From an uncultured Bacteriovoracaceae bacterium (lineage in GTDB: Bacteria > Bdellovibrionota > UBA2428), in the NCBI GenBank assembly GCA_964477895.1, contig CAYZFQ010000001.1, positions 343,750 to 407,749 of the forward strand: a DNA stretch of 64,000 nt. Direction: 5' to 3'. A model generated the notes under the pieces. It worked only from the letters and a program-made list of their open reading frames with translations, made no database searches and was not told the DNA's origin. Position numbers and translations under genes: made by a program. Of the stretch, positions 28,479-37,662 are shown one piece after another. Positions within the stretch are counted from its first letter, which is position 1. Each line of letters opens with the position of its first letter.

Positions 28479-29911
28479 TGGGATTAAAAGATTTGCTCAT
28501 CCAAAAGTTTCCTGAAGGGATATGGAAGGATCGGCGATTGGTTTGGGACAGTCGGCAAACGGTGGGAGATGAGAATCCCGAATGGGTCTTTCTCCCCACG
28601 GACTATCCGCTTTCGCCGGAGATCCAGCAAGATTTATTGAAGCGGCCTCAGGCCCAGCCCCTCGTTAAATCTCGTAAAGAGTGGGGAATGATTTGGTCGC
28701 AAATCTATCAGAACCCTAGTGCCCGCCTCAAAGTGTGGGGAGTTACTGGCACCAATGGAAAAAGCACCACGGTGGCCATCTTGCGCCAACTTATTCTTGC
28801 CTTTGGTGAAGACGTGGCGGAGTTGGGAACCTTGGGGCTTAGCTACTATAAAAACTTGAAAAGCGAAGAAGCTCAGCAACACTGGGAGACCGGTTTCACA
28901 ACTCCCGAGGCTCCCACATTGCAGAACTTAATGGCCCAGCTTCGGGACGCGGGCGTAAAAAATCTTGTGATGGAAATTAGCAGTCATGCTTCGACCTTGG
29001 GGAGAGTGGCAGGAGTGGATTTTGATGGACTCATATTCACCAATCTCAGCCAAGATCACTTAGACTTTCATCACAGCATGGAGGCCTACGAAGCGGCAAA
29101 GGCGGATTTGTTTTTAAAGTACTTGCCCCTAGAAAAATCGCACAAACGCAAGTGTGTAGCTATTAACACTCAGGATCCTGCGGGACTTCGAATATTTAAA
29201 CAGTTGCCTGAAGATTTTGCGGCGAAGCCTTTTGCCCCGCAGAAAAACTATCAAATACTTAAGAGTGAGGCCTGCGGATTAAAAATTCAAAGCGAATGGG
29301 GAGACGTTGAGAGCCCTCTAGTCGGGGACTTTAATGCCGAAAATATTATGGGAGCTCTCTCCCTGCTCAGCTTTCACCCGGCCTTTAGTTTTGACCGAGC
29401 TCGGGATGTTCTTAAAAATTTTAATGGTCCCCGAGGCCGTATGCAAAAGGTTCCCGACCCTTTGTCCAGGCGACATGTTTTTGTGGACTATGCCCATAGT
29501 CCCGATGCCCTCGAGAAAGTTCTTCTCACTTTGCAGAAAATTAAAAAGCCTGGCCAAAAGCTTAGCGTGGTTTTTGGCTGTGGTGGAGATCGAGACCGTT
29601 TGAAGCGGCCCCTCATGGGGAAAATTGCCAGCCTTGTTGCCGACCGTATTATAGTTACGAGCGATAATCCGCGCGGTGAAGACCCTCAGTCCATAATTGA
29701 CGAGATTGCTTTGGGAATCTTAGCAAGAGAGGGCATGGAGTGGAGTGAGGAAGTGTCGCGTGAAAAGGCCATCGGCCTAGCCATTCAAGCCATGAAAAAT
29801 GATGACTTAGTTCTGATTGCGGGCAAGGGCCATGAGGAATTTCAAATTATCGGCACTCAGAAAAATCGCTTTTCCGATTTTGAAGTGGCCCTCTCCTTCA
29901 TGCAATCTTAA
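28478..29911 (+). CDS. murE: UDP-MurNAc-L-Ala-D-Glu:meso-DAP ligase
   Basis: GVTGTNGKST, TTPE, MEISSH, DHLDFH, VDYAH, DNPR, AGKGHE. Confidence 0.96.
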   Translation: MGLKDLLIQKFPEGIWKDRRLVWDSRQTVGDENPEWVFLPTDYPLSPEIQQDLLKRPQAQPLVKSRKEWGMIWSQIYQNPSARLKVWGVTGTNGKSTTVAILRQLILAFGEDVAELGTLGLSYYKNLKSEEAQQHWETGFTTPEAPTLQNLMAQLRDAGVKNLVMEISSHASTLGRVAGVDFDGLIFTNLSQDHLDFHHSMEAYEAAKADLFLKYLPLEKSHKRKCVAINTQDPAGLRIFKQLPEDFAAKPFAPQKNYQILKSEACGLKIQSEWGDVESPLVGDFNAENIMGALSLLSFHPAFSFDRARDVLKNFNGPRGRMQKVPDPLSRRHVFVDYAHSPDALEKVLLTLQKIKKPGQKLSVVFGCGGDRDRLKRPLMGKIASLVADRIIVTSDNPRGEDPQSIIDEIALGILAREGMEWSEEVSREKAIGLAIQAMKNDDLVLIAGKGHEEFQIIGTQKNRFSDFEVALSFMQS

Positions 29912-29934
29912 CTCTTAATTCACGCAATCTTAAT
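29897..29934 (+). promoter_or_regulatory. Four 11-bp-spaced TT(C/A)A(C/T) direct repeats, putative OmpR/PhoB-type operator
   Basis: TTCAT(29897) TTAAC(29908) TTCAC(29919) TTAAT(29930); -10 TACAAT at 29956. Confidence 0.6.
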
Positions 29935-29968
29935 ATTTGCCCCCACTTTTTTACGTACAATAGAAGAG

Positions 29969-30892
29969 GTGAAAAACATCGGGCTATCTATTTCTAAGGC
30001 CAGCCTAGGATTGATTTTTCTATTTGCAGTTGAGGAAGCGGCACAGACAAGTCCGGTTGAGGCCATTAGGCGGGGAAACACTCAAGAGGTGGTGACGGCG
30101 GCAAGAGAAGGCGCTCAGAATGTGATCGAGATTTCAAAAAGAGCACCCAAGTCTTCTTCACGTTCACCAGCGGCTTCAAAAGTTCCGAGTAAAAAATCAC
30201 CAAAGAAAAAGGCGAGTTCTGTGGGGGAGCCTGACGGCGGTCCTCCCACTTCGTCGGCAACCTTTAATTTTCAAGATGCCCAAGAGGTCGAGGATTCAGA
30301 CGACAGTCCACGATCTTCCAGCCGCTCGTCCGGCTTTTTTTCTAATTTCGGGCAAAGGTCTGGACACAGGAGCACCCCTAGCGGCGATAGTGATATCAAC
30401 GGCGAAGATAGAGAATCTTCCAAAGATGCTTGGAAGAACTTTAAAGGTGGAAAGTATCCCAATCTCGATCGCTTATTTGATTCTGCAATTAGGCTGTCTC
30501 GAGGAAAGTTTCCAAGAAATATGTGTTACCGAGCTGTAAAGCATATGCTCTACGATGCCGGCTGTTTACCCAATCAAAGCTTACAGAGTAACGATGCCCG
30601 TCGAGCTATTAATTTTTTAAATAACGTCAATAAGTTTCCGGGGCACTTTCAAAAAATCAGCGTTCGTAGTCCGGAGGCGGCGCCTCCCGGAGCTATTCTA
30701 GTTTTCGCTTTTGCTGGAAAAAGCTGTTCTACGACTATGAGACACTCAAAGTTTGCTGGGCACATCGAGATTAAGTCACCGGTAGGGTATCATCACTTCT
30801 CCACCCGCAGTGGGGCCTTTGGTCGTCAGTTGTGTGGAGCTTATATGCCCCTTAAGTGTGGTACTTATGGATCTAAGAAAGGAAAGCGATGA
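29969..30892 (+). CDS. Secreted Cys/His (CHAP/NlpC-P60-like) putative peptidoglycan amidase or endopeptidase
   Basis: Signal-like N-terminus, long Ser-rich linker, C-domain MCYRAVK...PPGAILVF...AGHIEIK. Confidence 0.65.
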   Translation: MKNIGLSISKASLGLIFLFAVEEAAQTSPVEAIRRGNTQEVVTAAREGAQNVIEISKRAPKSSSRSPAASKVPSKKSPKKKASSVGEPDGGPPTSSATFNFQDAQEVEDSDDSPRSSSRSSGFFSNFGQRSGHRSTPSGDSDINGEDRESSKDAWKNFKGGKYPNLDRLFDSAIRLSRGKFPRNMCYRAVKHMLYDAGCLPNQSLQSNDARRAINFLNNVNKFPGHFQKISVRSPEAAPPGAILVFAFAGKSCSTTMRHSKFAGHIEIKSPVGYHHFSTRSGAFGRQLCGAYMPLKCGTYGSKKGKR

Positions 30893-31335
30893 AAGCTCTA
30901 AAAGTCATTATTCTCGGACTCCTTCTAAACTCCTCAGCATTTGCCCAGTCTCTTATGCAATTAAGGACCGAGGCTGGTGTTTTAGAGGCGGGACTAGAAC
31001 ACATTTTAGAAAAGAAAAAAGAGGAGCGAGCGGCCGGTATTCAAGCCATCGTCACTCGTTCTGTAGAAGTCCTTTCTAAAGCCGTTGAGGAAATGGAGAA
31101 AAGACCACCTGAGCCCTTGGTTTTGGAAAAATTCCTATCCCTTGCCCTAAAAATCAATCGCTACGAGGGAACTCTAGCGATGGCCGAAGTCTTTGTTCCT
31201 ATCTACGAGACAAAGGAACAAATTGCTTTGTTGGATTCTGTCCTTAGGCTTAAGAAATTCGACTCTAAAGAAGTGAAAAAATTTCGCGAAGAACTTAAGG
31301 CTAAGCGTCTCGAAGCTACCGAAGGAAACGGCTAA
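30889..31335 (+). CDS. Small secreted helical protein, candidate immunity partner
   Basis: ATGA overlap with the upstream gene; signal peptide ending AFA; 148 aa. Confidence 0.7.
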   Translation: MKALKVIILGLLLNSSAFAQSLMQLRTEAGVLEAGLEHILEKKKEERAAGIQAIVTRSVEVLSKAVEEMEKRPPEPLVLEKFLSLALKINRYEGTLAMAEVFVPIYETKEQIALLDSVLRLKKFDSKEVKKFREELKAKRLEATEGNG

Positions 31336-31361
31336 AAGTTCTTCAGTTTTTCTTTCGTAAC

Positions 31362-31377
31362 TTCACGCAATCTTAAT
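31362..31377 (+). promoter_or_regulatory. Second copy of the operator motif TTCACGCAATCTTAAT
   Basis: 16/16 identical to 29919-29934; -10 TATAAT at 31401. Confidence 0.65.
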
Positions 31378-31412
31378 TATTTTTTAGCCCCTACTACCCG
31401 TATAATGACGTA

Positions 31413-33194
31413 GTGCGTTACGGAATTTCTATGGCAATTTTATTGGGTGCAATCCTCTCAGGTTGTGGCCAAAGCAAACTCTCCAAGCAGTTCAACTCGG
31501 CCGCAAAAAAGCAAAGCGACTTAGATAGCATGCAACTGGAACTTTTTAGGCGCAGTCCCACTATTGATGGGGCAAATTTTAGTCTTACAGCTCGGAGCAA
31601 TATCGATGGAGTCCCGCGCTCACCTATCAGCTTTCCCAACTTAAAATCAGTTACGGGAACTCTTCAGAGCTCGCAATTTGATGTGGTTGACGACTTAGCA
31701 CAACAGTATTCACCAAGTTTTTTTACCTGGGCTGGCAAACTAGTTCCTAACTTTAGTTCGGATTTTCGCACCCTCATGGCTTACTCCCACCTCCAAAAAG
31801 CTTACAACTATGCCCAGGGAGTTCTTGGCTCTTCTTATAATTTGGAAGATCCAATTTACGATCCCAACAGCACAAGTACGGCAGAAACCTTTCATGTCTT
31901 TCCCCTCATTGTTGAAGCCAACAAAGTGGGCGACGCCACTCAGACTCAGTACGATTATCTCAATCGGAGCATACTTTTTTACCGAGACTATATCGAAACT
32001 CGCTATGCTACCGCCGATGAAGCCGATGTGATTTATCATGAGTTTGGGCACGTGGTGCAGCATGTGATCAACCCCCTTCTTTTCGTCGTGCCCGGCAATC
32101 GTGACCTCAATGCCATGTATGAAGGCCTTAGCGACTTTTTTGCCGCAGCTGTTGCTCGCGACGATAAAGTTTTGACTTATCTTGAGAGCAATTCCCCACC
32201 GCTTTTTTCAGATACTAATCAGCAGGGTCCCATTCACTCTCGTAGGATAGATAATAACCTTGCCTTCCCTGCGGCCTTCACCGGAGCCCATCACTTAGAC
32301 GGAAGAGTGCTGGCCAGTGCCCTTAACGAGTTTAGAAAGTATCTTCAGGGCAGCGGCATGGGTGAAGAGGCCGCCTGGGACAATACCTTTAAACTTTCCC
32401 ATACGGCCCTTAACCTGATGACTTCCAACTTGAGTTTTCGTGGTTACAGCAGCGCTCTTATTTCGCAATGTGGAAGCTTGAGTTGGTGTGACGCCACCAA
32501 GTCGTCCGTACTTTCGAGAATTCTTACAGAACGAGGTATACGCCTAGCCACGCTCAGTGCCCCTGTGACAACGGCACTGCCTATGTATGAAAGTCCAAGT
32601 TCGGGACTTTCTCTAAACTCTGTCCCACTTGGCTTTATGGAAATTCCCGGGCTCTCCAATCAAAACGGAAAGGTGGATCCCTGTGAGGTGGTCCTCATTT
32701 ATCCTAACGTCAAGGGTCACTCCACCCACGAGCTGACCAACGCCACCATGCAACTTCTCAATCTAGCGGCGCCCATTGGCTTTACGCCTTATTCGGCAAG
32801 AAACTCTGCTGGAGACGTGGGATCCGTGGAGCGAAACTGGATAGGTGAGCAGGTCACCAACAGCGGTGTGGTTCCGGCGCACTATACAAACATTACGCTA
32901 AAAGATTTTCCACGTTTGGCTCCCGGGGAAAACTATTCCGCACTGGCTTCCAATTTGAATTCGCGTCTGTACCAGACCCAGCAGAAGGCCTACTTTTCTC
33001 GCCGACCGAGCTCTACTACTTTTCCGGCGACTACGGGATGGATGGTGCGGGCGACTCAGGGTCAGGCCCGGATCCAGGCTAACTTTAAGATGATTGCTCG
33101 GTCGGCTTCTTCGCTTAATGACGTCTACGGAGCGCAGACTTTTAGTCAGCAGGTTACGATTGAGTCTACGAGTCCGCCGGTGAGCTGCAATTGA
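31413..33194 (+). CDS. Lipoprotein zinc metalloprotease (gluzincin, M4/M36-like)
   Basis: Lipobox LSGC; VIYHEFGH (HEXXH), third ligand in MYEGLSDFF, downstream HxDG. Confidence 0.8.
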   Translation: MRYGISMAILLGAILSGCGQSKLSKQFNSAAKKQSDLDSMQLELFRRSPTIDGANFSLTARSNIDGVPRSPISFPNLKSVTGTLQSSQFDVVDDLAQQYSPSFFTWAGKLVPNFSSDFRTLMAYSHLQKAYNYAQGVLGSSYNLEDPIYDPNSTSTAETFHVFPLIVEANKVGDATQTQYDYLNRSILFYRDYIETRYATADEADVIYHEFGHVVQHVINPLLFVVPGNRDLNAMYEGLSDFFAAAVARDDKVLTYLESNSPPLFSDTNQQGPIHSRRIDNNLAFPAAFTGAHHLDGRVLASALNEFRKYLQGSGMGEEAAWDNTFKLSHTALNLMTSNLSFRGYSSALISQCGSLSWCDATKSSVLSRILTERGIRLATLSAPVTTALPMYESPSSGLSLNSVPLGFMEIPGLSNQNGKVDPCEVVLIYPNVKGHSTHELTNATMQLLNLAAPIGFTPYSARNSAGDVGSVERNWIGEQVTNSGVVPAHYTNITLKDFPRLAPGENYSALASNLNSRLYQTQQKAYFSRRPSSTTFPATTGWMVRATQGQARIQANFKMIARSASSLNDVYGAQTFSQQVTIESTSPPVSCN

Positions 33195-33195
33195 T

Positions 33196-34425
33196 ATGCG
33201 CGTCCGACTTTGGATGTTTTTTCTTTCAGCTCTTGCAAGTAATTTTACTGGGGCTCAGACCACTCACAATAATTCAAATGGTGATTTAAAAAACGAAGCC
33301 CGAGCTTCAATTGCAGCTCGCTTTGGCAAGCCCGTTTTTTGTGAGAATCCGGAGCCCTTTAAGGCGAAGCCTCGGCAAATGCTATCGGGAGTTCTTTCCG
33401 TAGTTGCCCCCCACAATTTACAAATGGAAAACGCCGAACCCTACTTTTATGCCCGGCGAATTGAGGGCAAGGGTCTACGAGTGTACTATCACGACGCGCG
33501 ACGAATCGAATCTCCTAGCACTTTGGTGGCCTACTTAGCGGACTCTGACTCAAATGGGGAGATCCAGCAAATTCTCTTTGTTCGGGGTAATCAGCGGGAG
33601 ATTAAGCTCGCAAAAATGCTAGATCTCGGGGCGGGCCTTTCTTCGGACCAAGAGGAAGCTGCGCCCTTTCGTGAAAAATTAGACAATATGGGAAAAAATT
33701 TTTTCAGAGTCGAAAACGCACCTAATGCCCACGGTCAGAAAGCCTTAAGTGAGCCAGAGCGAGAAAAAATCGCGGCTTGTTCCAATATGGATGATCTCAT
33801 GCGAGCGGTTGTAAGCGCGGGCAAGAGTGTGGGATGGAAGCCCTCAATGGCAGTAGACGATGGAGCCGGCGAGGATTTAGTTCGTGCTATTGGTGTGAAG
33901 TTCGCCAACCCTGCTCATTCCTACCTTGGGGCTCCCGCGCGCTTTGTGGGATCGGTTATAGACTTGGGCGAGGCCCGTAATGATTTTGTGGAGAATGAGA
34001 AAAAATGGGTAAAGAATGCGAAAATGGACGGAGCTTTGTCTGTTATCCCGCAGGGTGTTCAGCGAAATCTAGCTAAAGTCATGCTGCTGGACACTGCCCT
34101 ACAAAATGAAGCTAGCATTAGAACAGGCGCAAACTTTGTCGCCTCTATGGGGACAGGGATCGTGGGCAAAGGCAAAGCATTTATTAAAAGTGATTGGGAT
34201 GAAATGCAGCAGGTCGTTACAAATTCTGCAGCTGACCTCATATTTATCGGTGGAATTATAAAAATGGCTACCCCTCATGTGAAAGCTCCAAAAATAAACC
34301 TTCGTAAAACACCCGTCGTGAGTCAGGCCGCCGTTATAGATCAGACGGTGAACAATGTGGACCGACTCGGAAATACTGTGGGAGTGGGTGAAGAAGAGCG
34401 AGAAGCCAAGGAGCCTGCTCGTTAA
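33196..34425 (+). CDS. Secreted hypothetical protein
   Basis: 409 aa, signal peptide, starts 1 nt after the protease stop. Confidence 0.7.
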   Translation: MRVRLWMFFLSALASNFTGAQTTHNNSNGDLKNEARASIAARFGKPVFCENPEPFKAKPRQMLSGVLSVVAPHNLQMENAEPYFYARRIEGKGLRVYYHDARRIESPSTLVAYLADSDSNGEIQQILFVRGNQREIKLAKMLDLGAGLSSDQEEAAPFREKLDNMGKNFFRVENAPNAHGQKALSEPEREKIAACSNMDDLMRAVVSAGKSVGWKPSMAVDDGAGEDLVRAIGVKFANPAHSYLGAPARFVGSVIDLGEARNDFVENEKKWVKNAKMDGALSVIPQGVQRNLAKVMLLDTALQNEASIRTGANFVASMGTGIVGKGKAFIKSDWDEMQQVVTNSAADLIFIGGIIKMATPHVKAPKINLRKTPVVSQAAVIDQTVNNVDRLGNTVGVGEEEREAKEPAR

Positions 34426-34448
34426 CGAATTCTTAACACTTCGCTAAC
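34422..34448 (+). promoter_or_regulatory. Three 11-bp-spaced (T/C)TAAC repeats
   Basis: TTAAC(34422) TTAAC(34433) CTAAC(34444); -10 TACAAT at 34484. Confidence 0.5.
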
Positions 34449-34495
34449 CGTATCTTGTTTGGATTGCTTCTATGCTCAACCACTACAATAGATAA

Positions 34496-35821
34496 ATGAA
34501 GGATATTTCCCGTCTTTTCTATTTGGGATTATTCGTTTTTGCGCCGGCACTTCGTGCCCAAGATACACCTGTGTTGGATAATACTAATAACGATGAGGTG
34601 GTTGAGAAGGCCAAAAAGGACGCCGAAGAGAGTGTGGCAAATCTTGAGAAGAATAAACAGAAGTTAGATGAAGCCGCTCAAGCCGGTGAATCGCTCCGCG
34701 AAAAACTTAAAGAATCTTTTTCTAAGTCTAAGGGTGGGGGCAGTAAGGACTCCGGCAATTCCGATAAGGAAGCGGGCGGAGCTGGAGCTCCGGCAGGAAC
34801 AACTACAGGCACTGGACATGGCAAAGCCGATGAGAATGGCGAAGCTATGGCTCCCCGCAAAGACGGCTCTACAGGTTATTACGCAGAATCGAAGGACCCC
34901 TCCGAAGTCATGGGTCCCAAAGAAGCCTACCGAAAACAAAACTTTAAAGGTCCGGCTGAATCTAACTTAAACTGGGAAGAAATAAGCGCACGACGCAGAG
35001 CTCGTTCGGACGCCCCCTTTGAACTCGGTTCGGACGCACTCAATGAATTTAAAGATGTGAATTGTGAAAATGGACAGTTCCCCCAGAACTCCCTTCAATT
35101 TATGTTGGAGGCGGGCCGAAATCGCCTAGAACAAGAGGGCAATCCCTCGGCCGAACGGTGTCGGATGGTCGGAGCCCAAGTTGCCAAACTGGCGGGTATG
35201 GCCGAAGGAGAAAGTAGTTTTAACTTTTCCTGCCTAACTTTGCACGGATCGGAAAAAGAGTCTGGTCGAGCAGGCTTTCGCTCCGTTTACACCCCCGACA
35301 ATAAACGATGGCAAATGTCTTCCTATGCATCTTATAAAAATGCACTCTCTGAGTTTGGTGGGAGTGTTAACCACACCACCAACAATGGGGTGATGCAGAT
35401 TTCTCCAGATCAGTTTATTCGTAAGGGAGCTACAGAACTTCTGGATTTCTACTCAAGCGGAAGTCCCGACGAAATCCTGAAAAAGTGTGGAACCGGTCGA
35501 GCATTCCATGACAGCGCCGATGCTCTGGCTGGAGAAATTGAAGAGTTAGCTGGACGTCGTACTTTGATGTTCAAGGAAAGAAATGGTCAAAAAATCTACA
35601 CTAACTTCGCTCGGAGCGCGCGCGACGTAAGTAGATGGCTAACCATATGTCCTGCCCTGAACTTTGCTATGGCTCAAATAATTTTAGATGACTACGGGTA
35701 CTCAGGCGGAGATTCATCCAAAATTCGAGCCTATTTCGGCACGGCCGCCAAAAAACCTCGTTGTGAACAAGTCATCCAACAAGCCCTCTGCGGCAGCTCA
35801 GGCCAGCTAGCAAGTAATTAG
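34496..35821 (+). CDS. Secreted protein with lysozyme-like/lytic transglycosylase (SLT-type) domain
   Basis: Signal peptide, disordered N-half; AEGESSFN (catalytic ES), NGVMQI, PALNFAMAQIIL, AYFG in SLT motif order. Confidence 0.6.
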   Translation: MKDISRLFYLGLFVFAPALRAQDTPVLDNTNNDEVVEKAKKDAEESVANLEKNKQKLDEAAQAGESLREKLKESFSKSKGGGSKDSGNSDKEAGGAGAPAGTTTGTGHGKADENGEAMAPRKDGSTGYYAESKDPSEVMGPKEAYRKQNFKGPAESNLNWEEISARRRARSDAPFELGSDALNEFKDVNCENGQFPQNSLQFMLEAGRNRLEQEGNPSAERCRMVGAQVAKLAGMAEGESSFNFSCLTLHGSEKESGRAGFRSVYTPDNKRWQMSSYASYKNALSEFGGSVNHTTNNGVMQISPDQFIRKGATELLDFYSSGSPDEILKKCGTGRAFHDSADALAGEIEELAGRRTLMFKERNGQKIYTNFARSARDVSRWLTICPALNFAMAQIILDDYGYSGGDSSKIRAYFGTAAKKPRCEQVIQQALCGSSGQLASN

Positions 35822-35840
35822 CCCAGGCGCGTTAAGGTCC

Positions 35841-35867
35841 TCAATATTTTCGCAAGATCGCCGATAA
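35841..35867 (+). promoter_or_regulatory. Sigma28 promoter of the Flp pilin cluster
   Basis: TCAA-N15-GCCGATAA. Confidence 0.75.
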
Positions 35868-35891
35868 GAGATATCGGAAGGGGAGATAGAT

Positions 35892-36077
35892 ATGAACGTT
35901 AAGAAGAACAAAAAAAGAGGCCAAACTTCGGTGGAGTACATTCTCATTATCGGAGTCATTGTGGGCGTGATTATGCTTTTCGGAAAAACATTCCGTGAAA
36001 AAATCGCGGTTATCACGGATGGTCTTTTCTCGAACATCAACAGCAATATTCAGAGCAGCACCAACCCCGGAGGTTGA
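35892..36077 (+). CDS. flp: Flp pilin
   Basis: Basic leader, G|QTSVEY, hydrophobic helix; 61 aa. Confidence 0.88.
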   Translation: MNVKKNKKRGQTSVEYILIIGVIVGVIMLFGKTFREKIAVITDGLFSNINSNIQSSTNPGG

Positions 36078-36078
36078 T

Positions 36079-36264
36079 GTGAAAAAACGAAAAGGACAGG
36101 CTCTTATCGAGTATGTCCTTCTCGTTGCCCTGCTTTCTACCGCGACATTGGTCTACGTGAAATTTTACGGCAAAGAAGTGTTGGGGAATGGTCTTAGGGC
36201 TTTGAAGGGGAGGATGGGGGATTGTATCTCTCATACGAATCGACAATGCAAATCTGGCCAATAA
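36079..36264 (+). CDS. Flp-like pilin
   Basis: MKKRKG|QALIEYVLLVALL; GTG start with SD GGAGG; C-terminal Cys pair. Confidence 0.8.
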   Translation: MKKRKGQALIEYVLLVALLSTATLVYVKFYGKEVLGNGLRALKGRMGDCISHTNRQCKSGQ

Positions 36265-36524
36265 AGAAGAAGCGAAAAAAGAATAAACGCAGCGGTCAGA
36301 CCGCCGTGGAATATATTCTGCTTCTGGCCGTTCTCACGAGTGTCCTTGTAGCAGGTCGCAAAGCTATGATGGAACCCCTCAATCAATTTTTTTCGATTTA
36401 CGTGCGCGGTTTTTCCAATACCTATAATCCCGAGACTTCCGCATCCACAGGCGGCAAAGATTTTACCCTTTATTACCTCAACGGCGGCTCCCCTGCCCCT
36501 ACCTCCACGGTCAAGGTACGTTGA
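36246..36524 (+). CDS. Flp-like pilin
   Basis: KRSG|QTAVEYILLLAVL. Confidence 0.8.
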   Translation: MQIWPIKKKRKKNKRSGQTAVEYILLLAVLTSVLVAGRKAMMEPLNQFFSIYVRGFSNTYNPETSASTGGKDFTLYYLNGGSPAPTSTVKVR

Positions 36525-36525
36525 T

Positions 36526-37146
36526 ATGAAAGGCGCATCTTCACGTTCTAAAAGCGGCCAAACAGTTATTGAGTTTTCTTTTGTTATTATTCTTTTTGTT
36601 TTTATGATGATGGTCACCATCAATGCGGTGATTGCCTTTTGCACCCACCAGTACGTATCTTATGCCGTTTTTATGTCGGCTCGGGCCTACCAGGCTGCGG
36701 GGGGCACGGCCGACGAATCTCACACCCGAGCTGTGGCAGCTCTTCAATCCTACCTACCGGGCATTCCCGACGACAGCGGTGAAGGCCTTAGTATTCCTCT
36801 CACCATGCCGGGGATGGCCAAGCCCATTGCCACTATCGAGGGCGTGAACGTGCGTTCCCCCCAGCTTTATGACTATGGCCCCGCTGGTGAAATCGCAAAC
36901 GTAGAAATTTATGTGGATTTTTCTGTTCCTTTTGTGGACCTCCCCTTAGGACCGGAAATGCGGGCGCGGTTCGGAAAAATTCCTCTCCGGGCCAGTTCAT
37001 TTTTTGGCCGAGAAGCCTCACAGCAAGAATGCCAAGCTTTTTTTAAAAGATTCTTAGAGTCTTTTAAGATTTCCGGAGAAGTCGCGGGAGCTTACGAGAA
37101 CTTTTCCTCGGAGTTTTTTGGAAATATGGAGGACAACGGATGTTGA
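36526..37146 (+). CDS. TadE/TadG-like pseudopilin
   Basis: SG|QTVIEFSFVIILFVFMM..., YAVFMSAR. Confidence 0.8.
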   Translation: MKGASSRSKSGQTVIEFSFVIILFVFMMMVTINAVIAFCTHQYVSYAVFMSARAYQAAGGTADESHTRAVAALQSYLPGIPDDSGEGLSIPLTMPGMAKPIATIEGVNVRSPQLYDYGPAGEIANVEIYVDFSVPFVDLPLGPEMRARFGKIPLRASSFFGREASQQECQAFFKRFLESFKISGEVAGAYENFSSEFFGNMEDNGC

Positions 37147-37604
37147 TCACTTCAAAAAAAGGCCAGGCCATTACAGAGTTTCTTCCGGCCTGCATTATTT
37201 TATTTATGGTGATGACGGCCGCCCTTTCGTATTACCGGGTGATGCGCGCGGCTTCCATTCGCCAAGAAGTGGTGCGCAATTTGACCTTTGCTAAAATTCG
37301 CAATTCTGGACCTCTCACCACCACACCCGACCAACTCGCCGGTGGTTCAGGGTCGGGACTTCCGCGACTTAACATGGAGCGCATCAGCGTTTCCGGTGGG
37401 CGCAATGCCATTGCCGAGACTCCGGTGATGAATGCCGGAAATCACGACTTTATTCGCTTTGATTCCAACTGTTTCACCGTTTATCCGGCGGATCCCAAGG
37501 TCACGATAAAACTGGGTCCCCTCATGATGGCCGGTGACCTAGGGGATTTAGATTTTAGCACCTACGCCGTGATGTACCGGGGCCCGGGGGGCGGCTGTCC
37601 TTAG
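37140..37604 (+). CDS. TadE-like pseudopilin
   Basis: KKG|QAITEFLPACIILFMV. Confidence 0.75.
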   Translation: MLITSKKGQAITEFLPACIILFMVMTAALSYYRVMRAASIRQEVVRNLTFAKIRNSGPLTTTPDQLAGGSGSGLPRLNMERISVSGGRNAIAETPVMNAGNHDFIRFDSNCFTVYPADPKVTIKLGPLMMAGDLGDLDFSTYAVMYRGPGGGCP

Positions 37605-37611
37605 GCCAATT

Positions 37612-37638
37612 TAAGAATTTTCCGAAAAGTTCCGACAA
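37612..37638 (+). promoter_or_regulatory. Sigma28 promoter upstream of cpaB
   Basis: TAAG-N15-TCCGACAA. Confidence 0.55.
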
Positions 37639-37662
37639 GAACTTGAAAGAAATGGGGGATTT

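Noticed and set aside
29897-29934. CRISPR-like or coding tandem repeat
   Set aside because: Repeats are 5-16 bp with 11-bp period and no spacers or cas genes; they fit an operator better
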